A stretch of 63,912 nt of DNA, filler included, from Sandaracinaceae bacterium (GCA_947483975.1; 3 parts of 3 records of this genome joined end to end with filler, not necessarily neighbours in it), one strand, 5' to 3'; counted from the whole stretch's first letter, positions 52,502 through 62,628 are shown. The notes: a model not told the origin generated them from the sequence alone. Numbers and translations are program-made.

Positions 52502-55500
52502 ATGCAGTGGCTAGCCGCAATATGCGTTCGTCGACCTGTCTTCACCTGGGTGCTCATGGCGGCGCTCGTCGTCGTCGGCAGCGCCAGCATCTTCGGGCTC
52601 GGCGTCGACCGCTTCCCGAACATCGACTTCCCAGTCGTCGTCGTGACGACGGTGCTCCCCGGCGCGTCTCCCGAGCAGATCGAGACGGAGGTCTCCGACA
52701 AGATCGAGGAGGCGCTCAACTCGATCAGCGGCGTCGATGAGCTGCGCTCGAACAGCTACGAGGGCCTCTCCGTCGTCATCGCGCGCTTCGACCTCGACAA
52801 GAGCACGACCGTCGCGGCCCAAGAGGTGCGTGACCGCGTGAACCGCACGCTCGCGCTCCTGCCGAGCGGCATCGAGCAGCCGAAGGTCGAGCGCATGGAC
52901 CCGGACGCCGCGCCGGTGATGCTGATCGCCCTCGAGTCCACGCGCACGACGCGCGAGGCGACCGAGTTCGCGACGCGCCGAATTCGCCGCCGCATCGAGT
53001 CGCTCAGCGGCGTCGGCGGCGTGTCGGTGCTCGGCGGGCGAGACCGGCAGATCGACGTCGTCGTCGACCCGGCGACGCTCGAGTCGCGCGGCATCACCGT
53101 CGGCGAGGTGCAGCGCGCGCTCGCGACGCAGAACGTCGAATTCCCAGGCGGAAACGTCGATCAGGGCGCGCGCACCCTCGGTATCCGCGTGCGCGGGCGC
53201 GTGCAGAGCGTCGAGGACTTCGGGCGCATCTTCGTGGCGAACCGCGGCGGCACGCCCGTCTACGTGCGCGACATCGCCAGCATCGAAGACAGCGAGGCGT
53301 CGTCGAGCAGCGCCGCGTCGTACGACGGGCGCGACATCGTCGTGCTCGCGGTGCGCAAGCAGTCGGGCACCAACACGGTCGCCGTGATCCAAGCGCTGAG
53401 CGAGCGCGTCGTGGAGCTTCGCGGGGAGCTCCCCGCCGCCTACAAGCTGACGATCGTCCGCGACGAGAGCGAGTTCATTCGGAACGCGATCTCCGCGGTC
53501 GAGGAGCATCTCTTCTTCGGCGGGCTGCTCGCCGCGTTCGTCGTGCTGCTCTTCCTCCGCAACGGGCGCACCACGGTCATCGCCGCGCTCGCGATCCCGA
53601 CCTCGATCATCGCGACCTTCACGCTGATCCGCGCGATGGGGCTCACGCTCAACACGCTGACCTTGCTCGCGCTGACGCTCTCGGTCGGCATCGTCATCGA
53701 TGACGCGATCGTCGTGCTCGAGAACATCTTCCGCTTCATCGAAGAGAAGGGCATGGCGCCGCGCCGTGCCGCGATCCTCGCGACGAAGGAGATCGGCCTC
53801 GCCGTGCTCGCGACGACGCTGTCGCTGATCGCCGTCTTCCTGCCCGTCGCGTTCATGGGCGGCATCGTGGGCCGCTTCATGCAGAGCTTCGGCTTCACGA
53901 TGAGCTTCGCGATCGGCGTCTCGCTGCTCGTGTCGTTCACGCTGACGCCGATGCTCTCGTCCCGCTGGATCAAGGGCAAGGGCGCGCCGAAGCGCAACGC
54001 GAACGACGGCGGCTCGCCCTATCGCGCGGCCGTCGCCGAGGAGCCCCTGCTCGCCAAGGAAGACGAGGAGCGCCTCGACGCGGAGTGGGTCGATCCGGCG
54101 CCCGGGCCGCGCGAGGAGGAGCGCGCGCAGTACACCGAGTGGGCCAAGCACACGCGCGTGCTGCCGCCCGGCTTCGCCTCGCGGCACCACGCGCCGAAGG
54201 GCGTCTACGGCTTCGTCGAGCGCGCCTACACGCGCGCGCTCGCAGGCGCGATGCGCAACCGCTGGGTCGTGGGCATCGCGATGCTCTGCGCGCTCGCGGC
54301 GATCGTGCCGCTCGGCAAGGTCGTGCAGAAGAACTTCCTGCCGGTCGACGACGAGTCGCGCTTCGAGATCCAGGTGCGCGCGCCCGAGGGCACCAGCCTC
54401 GACGAGACGCGCCTCGTGATGGAGCGCATCGCCCGCGCGACGCGGACCATCACCGGCGTGCAGCACACGGTGACCCAGGTGGGCTCGCCGCCCGGCGACC
54501 CGAGCGGTCGCGGCGCGAATCAGGGGTCCATCTTCGTCAAGCTCGTGCCCGCGAACGAGCGCGACCTCAACCAGCAACAGCTGATGATCCAGGTGCGCGA
54601 GCGGGTCATCCCGCGCTTCGCCTCCCTCGGACTCCGCACCTCGGTCGTGCCGGTCAACGCGTTCGGCGGCGGCGGAGCGTCGGACTCCGCGAGCATTCAG
54701 TTCGTGATTCGTGGGCCCGAGCTAGAGCCGCTCTCGGGCTACTCGGCGGCGATGCTCGAGAAGCTGCGCGCGATCCCCGGCATGGTGGACACCGACACGA
54801 CGCTCGTCGTCGGTAAGCCGGAGTTCGTCGTCGCCGTCAATCGCGGAAGAGCGGCGGACCTCGGCGTCAACGTGCTCGACATCGCGACGGCGATCCGCGC
54901 GCTCGTCGGCGGCGTCGAGGTGACGAGCTACACCGAGGGCGGTGAGCAGTTCGAGGTGCACCTGCGCGCCCGCGACACGGCGCGCGTCGACCCCGCTCAG
55001 ATCCTGCAGATCACGGTGCCCGCGGGTCAGACGGGTCGCTCGGTGCGCCTCGCCGACGTCGTCACCGTGAGCCCCGGCACGGGCCCGTCGCTCGTGCAGC
55101 GGCTCGCGCGTCAGCGCCAAGTCACCGTCTACGGCAACGTCACGCCGGGGATGTCCGAGGCGGCGGTCGTCGACACGCTCAACGAGGCTTGGAAGGGCCT
55201 GCATCCTGCGGCGGGCTACAAGGGGGAGCTCGCGGGGCGCTCCAAGGAGCTCGGCAAGGCGGCGGCGAGCTTCGCGTTCGCGTTCATCCTGTCCTTCGCG
55301 TTCATGTATCTCGTGCTCGCGGCGCAGTTCGAGAGCTGGATTCACCCGATCACGATCTTGATCTCACTCCCGCTGACGGTGCCCTTCGCGCTGCTCTCGC
55401 TCGTCGTGCTCAATCAGTCGATGAACATCTTCTCGACGCTCGGCATTCTCGTGCTCTTCGGCATCGTGAAGAAGAACTCGATTCTGCAGGTCGACCACAT

Positions 55501-55906
55501 GCGCGATCTGCGCCGACAAGGGCTCTCACGCGCAGACGCGGTGATGCTCGGCAATCGCGACCGACTCCGCCCCATCTTGATGACGACGGTGGCGTTCGTC
55601 GCGGGCATGATGCCGCTCGTCGTCTCCTCGGGCGCCGGCTCCGGCACCAACCGCGCGATCGGCTCGGTCATCATCGGCGGGCAGTCGCTCTCGCTGCTGC
55701 TGACGCTGCTCGCGACCCCCGTCGTGTTCTCGTGGTTCGACGACCTCGCGCACTCGCGCGCGGTGAAGTTCGCCAAGCGCGTCATCGTCTGGCCGTTTCA
55801 GAAGCTCGACGCGCTCTTGACGAGCAAGGACTCGGAGCCTGTCGCGCTCGACTCCACGCTCACCGACGACGGCGCGTACCGCACCGGCGACAAGCCCGCA
55901 GAGTGA
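52502..55906 (+). CDS. RND efflux permease (AcrB-like)
   Basis: RRPVFT, PGASPEQIE, GIVIDDAIVVLENI, GIVKKNSIL, RLRPILMTT. Confidence 0.96.
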   Translation: MQWLAAICVRRPVFTWVLMAALVVVGSASIFGLGVDRFPNIDFPVVVVTTVLPGASPEQIETEVSDKIEEALNSISGVDELRSNSYEGLSVVIARFDLDKSTTVAAQEVRDRVNRTLALLPSGIEQPKVERMDPDAAPVMLIALESTRTTREATEFATRRIRRRIESLSGVGGVSVLGGRDRQIDVVVDPATLESRGITVGEVQRALATQNVEFPGGNVDQGARTLGIRVRGRVQSVEDFGRIFVANRGGTPVYVRDIASIEDSEASSSSAASYDGRDIVVLAVRKQSGTNTVAVIQALSERVVELRGELPAAYKLTIVRDESEFIRNAISAVEEHLFFGGLLAAFVVLLFLRNGRTTVIAALAIPTSIIATFTLIRAMGLTLNTLTLLALTLSVGIVIDDAIVVLENIFRFIEEKGMAPRRAAILATKEIGLAVLATTLSLIAVFLPVAFMGGIVGRFMQSFGFTMSFAIGVSLLVSFTLTPMLSSRWIKGKGAPKRNANDGGSPYRAAVAEEPLLAKEDEERLDAEWVDPAPGPREEERAQYTEWAKHTRVLPPGFASRHHAPKGVYGFVERAYTRALAGAMRNRWVVGIAMLCALAAIVPLGKVVQKNFLPVDDESRFEIQVRAPEGTSLDETRLVMERIARATRTITGVQHTVTQVGSPPGDPSGRGANQGSIFVKLVPANERDLNQQQLMIQVRERVIPRFASLGLRTSVVPVNAFGGGGASDSASIQFVIRGPELEPLSGYSAAMLEKLRAIPGMVDTDTTLVVGKPEFVVAVNRGRAADLGVNVLDIATAIRALVGGVEVTSYTEGGEQFEVHLRARDTARVDPAQILQITVPAGQTGRSVRLADVVTVSPGTGPSLVQRLARQRQVTVYGNVTPGMSEAAVVDTLNEAWKGLHPAAGYKGELAGRSKELGKAAASFAFAFILSFAFMYLVLAAQFESWIHPITILISLPLTVPFALLSLVVLNQSMNIFSTLGILVLFGIVKKNSILQVDHMRDLRRQGLSRADAVMLGNRDRLRPILMTTVAFVAGMMPLVVSSGAGSGTNRAIGSVIIGGQSLSLLLTLLATPVVFSWFDDLAHSRAVKFAKRVIVWPFQKLDALLTSKDSEPVALDSTLTDDGAYRTGDKPAE

Positions 55907-55929
55907 CGTAGAGCGGAGGCGCTCGGCTC

Positions 55930-57837
55930 ATGTCCCCACCGCCGCTCCCTCCCGCGCCGCCCGCGCTGACCCTCGCGGGAGTGCGCGCGGCTGGCGCGCG
56001 CCTGCTGAAGGCGCTCGCGCTCGTGTGGCAGTCGTCGCCGTCGGCGACCATCACGCTCGGCGCGCTGACGCTCGGCTCCGCTGCGCTGCCGCTGATGGTC
56101 GCGTATGCGGCCAAGCGCATCATCGACGCGATCGTGGCGCATGACCGCGACGCCGCGCTCCGCTGGGTCGCGCTCGAGCTGCTCGCCGTCGTCGTGCTGC
56201 TCCTGCTCGGGCGGGGCTTGGTGCTCGTGCGTTCGCTGCTCGGCGCGCGCCTGAGCGTCGACATCAACGTGCGCATCCTCGAGAAGGCGCTGTCGCTCGA
56301 CCTCGCGCACTTCGAGGACTCGACGACGTACGACCTGCTGCAGCGCGCGCGCCGGGAGGCGTCGTCGCGCCCCGTCGCGACGATCACCGACGGCTTTCAG
56401 CTCCTGCAGAATGCGCTGCAATTCCTCGGTTACGCCGGGCTCCTCGTCGGCTTCAACCCATGGATCCTCGTCGGCTTGGTCGCCGCCGCAGTGCCCGCGA
56501 CCGTCGCCGAAATGACCTTCTCGAAGGCAGCGTTTCGAGTGCGCAACTGGCGCTCGCCCGAGGCGCGTCGGCTCAATTATCTCGAGTACGTGCTCGCCAA
56601 CGATGGGCATGTGAAGGAGATCAAGCTCTTCGATCTGGGGCCCCTGTTGCTCTCGCGCTTTCGCGGCCTCGGGGAGCTGTTCTACGTCGAAGATCGCAAG
56701 CTCGCGGTGCGCCGTGCGGGCTGGGGGGCGGCGCTCACGCTGGTCGGCACGGTCGCGCTCTACGTCTGCTACGGGATGATGGCGGGGAGCGCCGCCGCAG
56801 GGCTGTTGTCGCTCGGCAACGTGACGCTCTACATGGTCGCGCTGCGCCAAGGGCAGCAATCGTTTCAGGCGGCCCTCGGCGCCGTCAACAGCGTCTACGA
56901 GAACAGCCTCTACATCTCGAGCCTGTTCGAGTTCTTCGCGATTCCGACGGAGCGCCAGAGCCTGCCAGTCTCCGCGGCGCCGAGCACGGCAGTCGCAGAC
57001 TTGCCGAGCACGGCAGTCGCAGACTTGCCGAGCACGGCAGTCGCGGGCTCGCCGAGCATGGCAGTGTCAGGCTCGCCGAGCGAGCGCGGGATTCGCTTCG
57101 AGAACGCTGGTTTTCGCTATCCAAACCGCGAGGAGTGGGCCTTGCGGGGCGTGGACTTGTTCATCCCAGAGGGGCAGTCGATCGCGCTCGTCGGTCACAA
57201 TGGCGCGGGCAAGACGACGATCATCAAGCTCCTCGCGGGGCTCTACGAGCCGAGCGAAGGGCGGGTGTTGCTCGATGGGCGCGACCTCCGCAGCTGGGAG
57301 CCTGCGGCCCTCCGACGCAGGATCGGGGTCATCTTCCAGGACTTCAATCGGTATCAGCTGTCGCTGCGCGAGAACGTCGCGTTCGGCGACACGCGGCGAC
57401 TCGACGATGACGCCGCGGTCGACGTCGCCGTCTCGCAGGGCGGCGCGGAGGCGGTCGTGGCGTCCCTGCGGCAGGGCCTCGACACGGGGCTCGGGCACTG
57501 GTTCAAGGGCGGCGTCGAGCTCTCGGGTGGTCAGTGGCAGAAGGTCGCCCTCGCGCGGGCGTTCATGCGGACGGAGGCCGATATCCTCGTGCTCGACGAG
57601 CCGACCGCGGCGCTCGACGCGGAGGCGGAGCACGCGGTCTTCGAGCGCTTTCGCGCGCTCACGCAGGGGCGGACGACGCTCCTGATCTCGCATCGTTTTC
57701 CGACGGTGCGCATGGCCGATCGCATCCTCGTGCTCGACGCGGGGCGCGTCGTCGAGGACGGCACGCACGACGAGCTCGTCGCGGCCAACGCCCGCTACGC
57801 GCAGCTCTTCGCGCTGCAGGCGCGCGGCTACCTCTGA
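55930..57837 (+). CDS. ABC exporter, fused permease and ATPase
   Basis: Six membrane segments; GHNGAGKT, LSGGQWQK, LDEPTAALD, ISHR. Confidence 0.95.
   Translation: MSPPPLPPAPPALTLAGVRAAGARLLKALALVWQSSPSATITLGALTLGSAALPLMVAYAAKRIIDAIVAHDRDAALRWVALELLAVVVLLLLGRGLVLVRSLLGARLSVDINVRILEKALSLDLAHFEDSTTYDLLQRARREASSRPVATITDGFQLLQNALQFLGYAGLLVGFNPWILVGLVAAAVPATVAEMTFSKAAFRVRNWRSPEARRLNYLEYVLANDGHVKEIKLFDLGPLLLSRFRGLGELFYVEDRKLAVRRAGWGAALTLVGTVALYVCYGMMAGSAAAGLLSLGNVTLYMVALRQGQQSFQAALGAVNSVYENSLYISSLFEFFAIPTERQSLPVSAAPSTAVADLPSTAVADLPSTAVAGSPSMAVSGSPSERGIRFENAGFRYPNREEWALRGVDLFIPEGQSIALVGHNGAGKTTIIKLLAGLYEPSEGRVLLDGRDLRSWEPAALRRRIGVIFQDFNRYQLSLRENVAFGDTRRLDDDAAVDVAVSQGGAEAVVASLRQGLDTGLGHWFKGGVELSGGQWQKVALARAFMRTEADILVLDEPTAALDAEAEHAVFERFRALTQGRTTLLISHRFPTVRMADRILVLDAGRVVEDGTHDELVAANARYAQLFALQARGYL
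56979..57081 (+). repeat. In-frame 24-bp tandem repeat, about 4.3 copies, in the ABC exporter linker
   Basis: GCCGAGC at 56979, 57003, 57027, 57051, 57075, encoding PSTAVADL x2, PSTAVAGS, PSMAVSGS. Confidence 0.92.
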
Positions 57838-57865
57838 CGCGCCCGTCCGCGCCGAGGAGCCGGGC

Positions 57866-59014
57866 TCAGTCGTCGCCTGCGGCTACGGCGCGCGCCCGGC
57901 CGCGGTCCTTGGCCGCGTAGAGCGCGGCGTCGGCGTCGGCGATCAGCAGGGACGACTCGCCGCCGGCGTGCGGCGTGCGCGTCGCGACGCCGACGCTGAC
58001 CGTCACGTACGCCGCGACGGGCGAGGTGCGGTGCGAGAGGGCAGCGCGCTCCACCGACGCGCAGACCTCCCGGGCCACGACCAGCGCGCCCGCGCTCGGC
58101 GTGTTGGGCAGCATCATCACGAGCTCTTCGCCGCCGTAGCGCGCGAGGAGGTCGGCCGGTCGCCTGCCTGCGCCGACGCACGCCGTCACCGCCCTCAGAC
58201 AGTCGTCGCCCGCCTGATGGCCGTAGGCGTCGTTGTAGAGCTTGAAGTGATCGACATCGATCATCAGCAGCGAGAGCGGCGTGCGCTCACGCTGCGCGCG
58301 GCGCCACTCCTGCTCGAAGCGCTCGTCGAAGTGCCGGCGGTTCGCGATGCTGAGCAGCCCGTCGACGCGGGCGAGGTCCTCCATCTGCCGGTACGCAGCG
58401 CGCAGCGCGTCGTTGGCCTCCGCGAGGCTCCGGGTGCGCTCGGCGACGCGCTCCTCGAGCTGTCGATTCGCGCTCGTCAGCTCCCGGTTCGTCAGGGAGA
58501 GCGTCTGGTAGAGACCCTGCAGCGCGTCGACGAGCGCCGCCGTCCGGTCCTGCGGGCCCCGCTGCTCGTGCGCGCTCGCGAGCGCCGCCTCGGGGCTCGC
58601 GCCCGCGCGGATGGCGGCCATCTGACCGGCCATCGCCTGATCCTCGCGCAGGATGTGAAAGCCGAGCCACGCGACCAAGAAGCCGAGCAGGATCTCGCCC
58701 GGGTTCTCCATGGTGTTCCGCGACTCCCACAGCACCGCGAGCTGCTCGCCGAACGCCGCGTGCACCTCGTGATGGCGCTCGATGTACGCCGGCGCGAGCT
58801 CCGCGTCGTACATCAAGCTCTCCTCGTAGGTGAAGTGGAGCTCGGCGTACGCCGCGAGCTCGTCGAACACCGCCCTCAGCGCGCGCTCATCCGAGGCATC
58901 GCCCACGAGGAACGAGTGGCCCAGCCGATTGATCAGCCCGACGAGCTCCTGGTGCTGGCCGTCGATGACGGTGAGCCCGGTCTCGAAGTGAGCGCTCCAC
59001 TGAAAGGTCCGCAT
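57866..59014 (-). CDS. Bacteriohemerythrin-domain diguanylate cyclase
   Basis: W...FETG..IDGQHQEL, HFTYEE, HHEVH, WLGFHILRED; coiled coil; DVDHFKLYNDAYGH, RPAD I-site, RYGGEEL. Confidence 0.95.
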   Translation of the reverse strand: MRTFQWSAHFETGLTVIDGQHQELVGLINRLGHSFLVGDASDERALRAVFDELAAYAELHFTYEESLMYDAELAPAYIERHHEVHAAFGEQLAVLWESRNTMENPGEILLGFLVAWLGFHILREDQAMAGQMAAIRAGASPEAALASAHEQRGPQDRTAALVDALQGLYQTLSLTNRELTSANRQLEERVAERTRSLAEANDALRAAYRQMEDLARVDGLLSIANRRHFDERFEQEWRRAQRERTPLSLLMIDVDHFKLYNDAYGHQAGDDCLRAVTACVGAGRRPADLLARYGGEELVMMLPNTPSAGALVVAREVCASVERAALSHRTSPVAAYVTVSVGVATRTPHAGGESSLLIADADAALYAAKDRGRARAVAAGDD

Positions 59015-59201
59015 CGGTCGCTGGTGCTCTTCGAAGGCGTTCGTTTGCTTGGGAGTCGGGCCGGGCCAGTGTTACACGCGTGGCGCCTGGTGCGCATCGG
59101 TGGTCGCTGAGCTGCGAGTCGACACAGGGAGACGCGCGCGGGGGAAAAGCGTGTGCGAACCCACGCTTGACCAGATTCCTCGTCTGCCGCCTACTTGTCT
59201 C

Positions 59202-59972
59202 ATGATTCTGCGGTGGGCGCTTTCGCTTTTCTGCGTGCTGCTCGCTGGGTGCGCGCTCGACCGCAGCGGTCTGAAGATCGAGGACGCCGGCGCCGCTGAC
59301 CTCGCGCTCCGCGATCTCGGGTCTCGTGACCTCGGGACCGTCGACCTGGCGCTCGTCGACTCGGGGCCGGCTGACCTCGGTCGCCTCGACCTCGGCGCGG
59401 CCGATCTCGGCGCTGCTGACCTCGGCCCGCCTGACCTCGGCCCGCCTGACCTCGGTCCGGCGGATCTCGGCCCGCCCGACCTCGGCTCGGACGCGGGTCC
59501 GTGCGCGTCCGGGCCCGACACCGACGCCGACGGAATCGTGGACGCCTGTGACGACTGGCCGTGCGGCCCGCGCCCGACGGTGCCCGGCACGGTCACCGCG
59601 CAGGGCATCACGATCTCGGGCGTCAGCCTCGCGGCGAGCGGCAACGCCGTCGTCGTGAGGGCCTCGACGTCCGTGGCGCTGACGCTCTCGTATGCGCTCG
59701 ACGACACGACCTGCCCCACCTGCCTCGATCAGATCGAGGTCGGCATCTCGCCTGGGAATCGCGTCTATTGCGCCTATGACGGGAACCCCCCGCCAGGCGG
59801 CGCGGCCGCGGTCTCGTCGCAGACGGTGATGATGCCGCCTGCCCCCGGGCGCTACGATCTGCGCTTCAACCTCGGTCAGAACTACAGCTGCAATTTCGGC
59901 GGCGCGACCGGCTGGTGGGGCCCCGCGCCCGACAATACGCGCACCATCGCGGCGCTCTGTGTCACGCCCTGA
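59202..59972 (+). CDS. Lipoprotein with DLG pentapeptide linker and Cys-containing beta domain
   Basis: LAGC lipobox; run of xxDLG repeats; DTDADGIVDACD; PGRYDLRF. Confidence 0.8.
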   Translation: MILRWALSLFCVLLAGCALDRSGLKIEDAGAADLALRDLGSRDLGTVDLALVDSGPADLGRLDLGAADLGAADLGPPDLGPPDLGPADLGPPDLGSDAGPCASGPDTDADGIVDACDDWPCGPRPTVPGTVTAQGITISGVSLAASGNAVVVRASTSVALTLSYALDDTTCPTCLDQIEVGISPGNRVYCAYDGNPPPGGAAAVSSQTVMMPPAPGRYDLRFNLGQNYSCNFGGATGWWGPAPDNTRTIAALCVTP

Positions 59973-60045
59973 GCGTGAGGCGCGCGGCCTGCGCAGCCTG
60001 CGCAGATGGTCGACCGTGCGCGCTTCCTCGTGCATCCTCTCGCCC

Positions 60046-61248
60046 ATGAAGAGGCTCCTCGCCGGTCTGCTCTGCTCGTCCTTCGCGCTCGCCGGCTGCG
60101 GCAATGGTGGGGTCCCCGGCGTGTGTCGCCTCGACTTCACGCGCCCGGTCGTGGCGAACTTCGGCGACGGAGACCTCGACGCGCTGCTCGAGGCGACGGC
60201 GCGCCTTCATATGGCGGCGACGGATCTCGACACCGAGGTCCGCGCGGCGTGCAACGGCATCGCGACCGACCTCGGCGCGCCACTCGCGACGGACACGGAG
60301 ATCGCGTGCAACCGCGCGGTCGAGCAGATCGAGCGCGTGAAGGCGGAGAACGACGGCGCGACGCTGGTCGTCGACTACACACCCGGCGTGTGTAGCGCGA
60401 GCGGGAGCGCGCTCGTCGACTGCGTCGGACGCTGCGACGCGAGCTTCGATGCGACCGCGACGCCGCCGACCTGCGTGGGCGGGATGCTGTCGGGCTCGTG
60501 CAGCGGCGCGTGCTGCGGAAGCTGCACGATCGAGGGCACGGTCGAGTGCACTGGCTCGTGCGCTGGCTCGTGCGCGGGCACCTGCAGCGGGCAGGTGCGC
60601 GGCGCGTGCACCGGCACCTGCACCGGGCAGTGCGACGGCGTCTGCGCTGCGACCGCCGCGGACGGCTCGTGCGCGGGCGCGTGCGACGGCACCTGCAACG
60701 GCGCGTGCGCCGGGACGGTCACGGGCTCGTGCTCGGGCACCTGCGGCGGGACCTGCCACGGCTCGTGTCGCTACCCCGACGACCTGATGGTCCTGTGCAC
60801 CGGCGTGTGCAGCGGCTCCTGCGACGTCGGCTACACGGCGCCGCGCTGCGAGGGCGGGCACTGGGACGTCACCGCGTCGGCCGAGTGCAAGGCGGCGTGT
60901 CAGGCGGATGTCTCGTTCGACCTCGTCTGCACGGAGCCCGTGCTCGTCGCGAGCTTCTCGGGCGCGGCGACGTCGAGCGCCGACCTCGTGGCGCTCCTCG
61001 CGACGCTCGAGGCGAACCTGCCGAAGCTGCTCGCCGCGGGCGCCAAGGCGGGCGTCGTCGTCAGCGCGACGAACGAGTTCGCGACGCACCTCGAGGGCGC
61101 GACCTCGGCCGCGACCTCCGCGGGGCTCGAGGCGAGCAGCTGCCTCGTGCTCGCGATTCAGGCGCAGCTCGAGGCGCTCGCGACCGTCAACGTCACGGTC
61201 ACCGCGAGCGTCAACATCAGCGCGTCGGCGAGCGCGACCGCGAGGTAG
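60046..61248 (+). CDS. Cys-rich lipoprotein with (CxGx)n core
   Basis: LAGC lipobox; CTGSCAGSCAGTCSG..CTGTCTGQCDGVC; C-terminal VNVTVTASVNISASAS. Confidence 0.88.
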   Translation: MKRLLAGLLCSSFALAGCGNGGVPGVCRLDFTRPVVANFGDGDLDALLEATARLHMAATDLDTEVRAACNGIATDLGAPLATDTEIACNRAVEQIERVKAENDGATLVVDYTPGVCSASGSALVDCVGRCDASFDATATPPTCVGGMLSGSCSGACCGSCTIEGTVECTGSCAGSCAGTCSGQVRGACTGTCTGQCDGVCAATAADGSCAGACDGTCNGACAGTVTGSCSGTCGGTCHGSCRYPDDLMVLCTGVCSGSCDVGYTAPRCEGGHWDVTASAECKAACQADVSFDLVCTEPVLVASFSGAATSSADLVALLATLEANLPKLLAAGAKAGVVVSATNEFATHLEGATSAATSAGLEASSCLVLAIQAQLEALATVNVTVTASVNISASASATAR

Positions 61249-61331
61249 GCGCGGCGGGCGTCTCGCTCGTCGGCCAAACGTCGCGCGCCCTTCGTTTCTC
61301 GGTCGATCGGTGATATCGACGAGCGAGGCCC

Positions 61332-62576
61332 ATGGCTCACTCGACTCTCCGACGCGCCCCCCGAGCGGCCGCAGCGCTCGTCGCCTTCGCGGCCTTCGTC
61401 GCGCTCGGCGGCTGCTACCGCTCGCACGAGCGTGAGGTCGCCTCGGACGCCGGACCGCCCCCCGACGGTGGACGCTGCGGCCCGCCCCCGCCCGGCTGCC
61501 TCGCGCCAGGCGCCGACGCCTGCGCGGCGCCGGTCCGCGTCGCCGCGCGCTGCGACGACCCGAGCGGCGCGTACTTCTGCCCGACAGGCTCGCGCGCCTA
61601 CGAGCGTGAGGCTCCTGACGCGGAGTGCCTGCCGTTCTCTGACCCAGCGCTCGGGCTCGCCGCCGTCGGGGGCTCCCTCGTGCGCGTCCCGACGCCCGAC
61701 GGACGCTGCCTCTGGATCGCCGAGTCGGTGACGACGGCCGATGGCCGCACGGCCTCGAACGTCGCGTTCGAGGTCCCGCGCGACGCGCCGATCGGGCGCT
61801 GCCCGAGGGTCGCTGCGCCGCTCGGCGGCGACTTGCACGACGTGGTCTCGCTGCTCGGTGACGACGGCACGCACCTCGTGCAGCTGACGGGCGGCTTCAC
61901 GCAGGCAGGCGGAACCTGGGCGGTGTATCGGCTCTTCGTCTACGACGCGGCGAGCGGCTACGGCGTGCGCGTGGTCGGCACCGGCCTCGCGGCATGGAAC
62001 GCGGCCACCGAGACGTTCCGCCTCCCGCCGACGACCGGCGCCATCTGGTCCCCCGAGGTCGACCTCGGCGACGCGCTCTATACCGACGGCGACACCATGT
62101 ACGTCTGGGGCTGCCCGCCGCCGATCGTCGACCTCGTCGAGCGCTGCCTCGTCGCGCGCGTCGGCCCCGCGGGCGGCACGGTCTACTGGAGCACGGCCGG
62201 CTGGACCCCGGCGTGGCTCGGCGAGCGCACGGGCTTCGACGCGGGGCCGTGGATCTCGTCCGTGACGAGGCTCGACCCAGGCTACGCGGCGGTCAGCGCC
62301 ATCGGCTTCGGCGCCGACCTCCGCGTGTCGCGGACGACCGCGCTGACGAGCGGCTGGAGCGCCGCGCGAAACGTCGCGCATTGTCGGCTCCCGAGCGGCG
62401 ACCCCGACGCGTTTTGCGCGGGCCCCGTCGTGCACGACGAGCTGCGCGACCCGCTGCGCCCGCACGAGCTGCCCGTGACGTACGGCGTCGGCACGACCGC
62501 GCCCGACGGCGCCGCGCGCCGCGCCGCGCACCCGCGGGACTACTGGTCGCGCCTCGACTACGTCGCGGTCCCGTGA
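61332..62576 (+). CDS. Hypothetical lipoprotein
   Basis: LGGC lipobox, DAG linker, Cys-rich start, beta-rich body. Confidence 0.78.
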   Translation: MAHSTLRRAPRAAAALVAFAAFVALGGCYRSHEREVASDAGPPPDGGRCGPPPPGCLAPGADACAAPVRVAARCDDPSGAYFCPTGSRAYEREAPDAECLPFSDPALGLAAVGGSLVRVPTPDGRCLWIAESVTTADGRTASNVAFEVPRDAPIGRCPRVAAPLGGDLHDVVSLLGDDGTHLVQLTGGFTQAGGTWAVYRLFVYDAASGYGVRVVGTGLAAWNAATETFRLPPTTGAIWSPEVDLGDALYTDGDTMYVWGCPPPIVDLVERCLVARVGPAGGTVYWSTAGWTPAWLGERTGFDAGPWISSVTRLDPGYAAVSAIGFGADLRVSRTTALTSGWSAARNVAHCRLPSGDPDAFCAGPVVHDELRDPLRPHELPVTYGVGTTAPDGAARRAAHPRDYWSRLDYVAVP

Positions 62577-62628
62577 CCCCGCGAGGGCGCGGTCACACCG
62601 AAGGTCACACCATTGGTCCTACCGCCGC

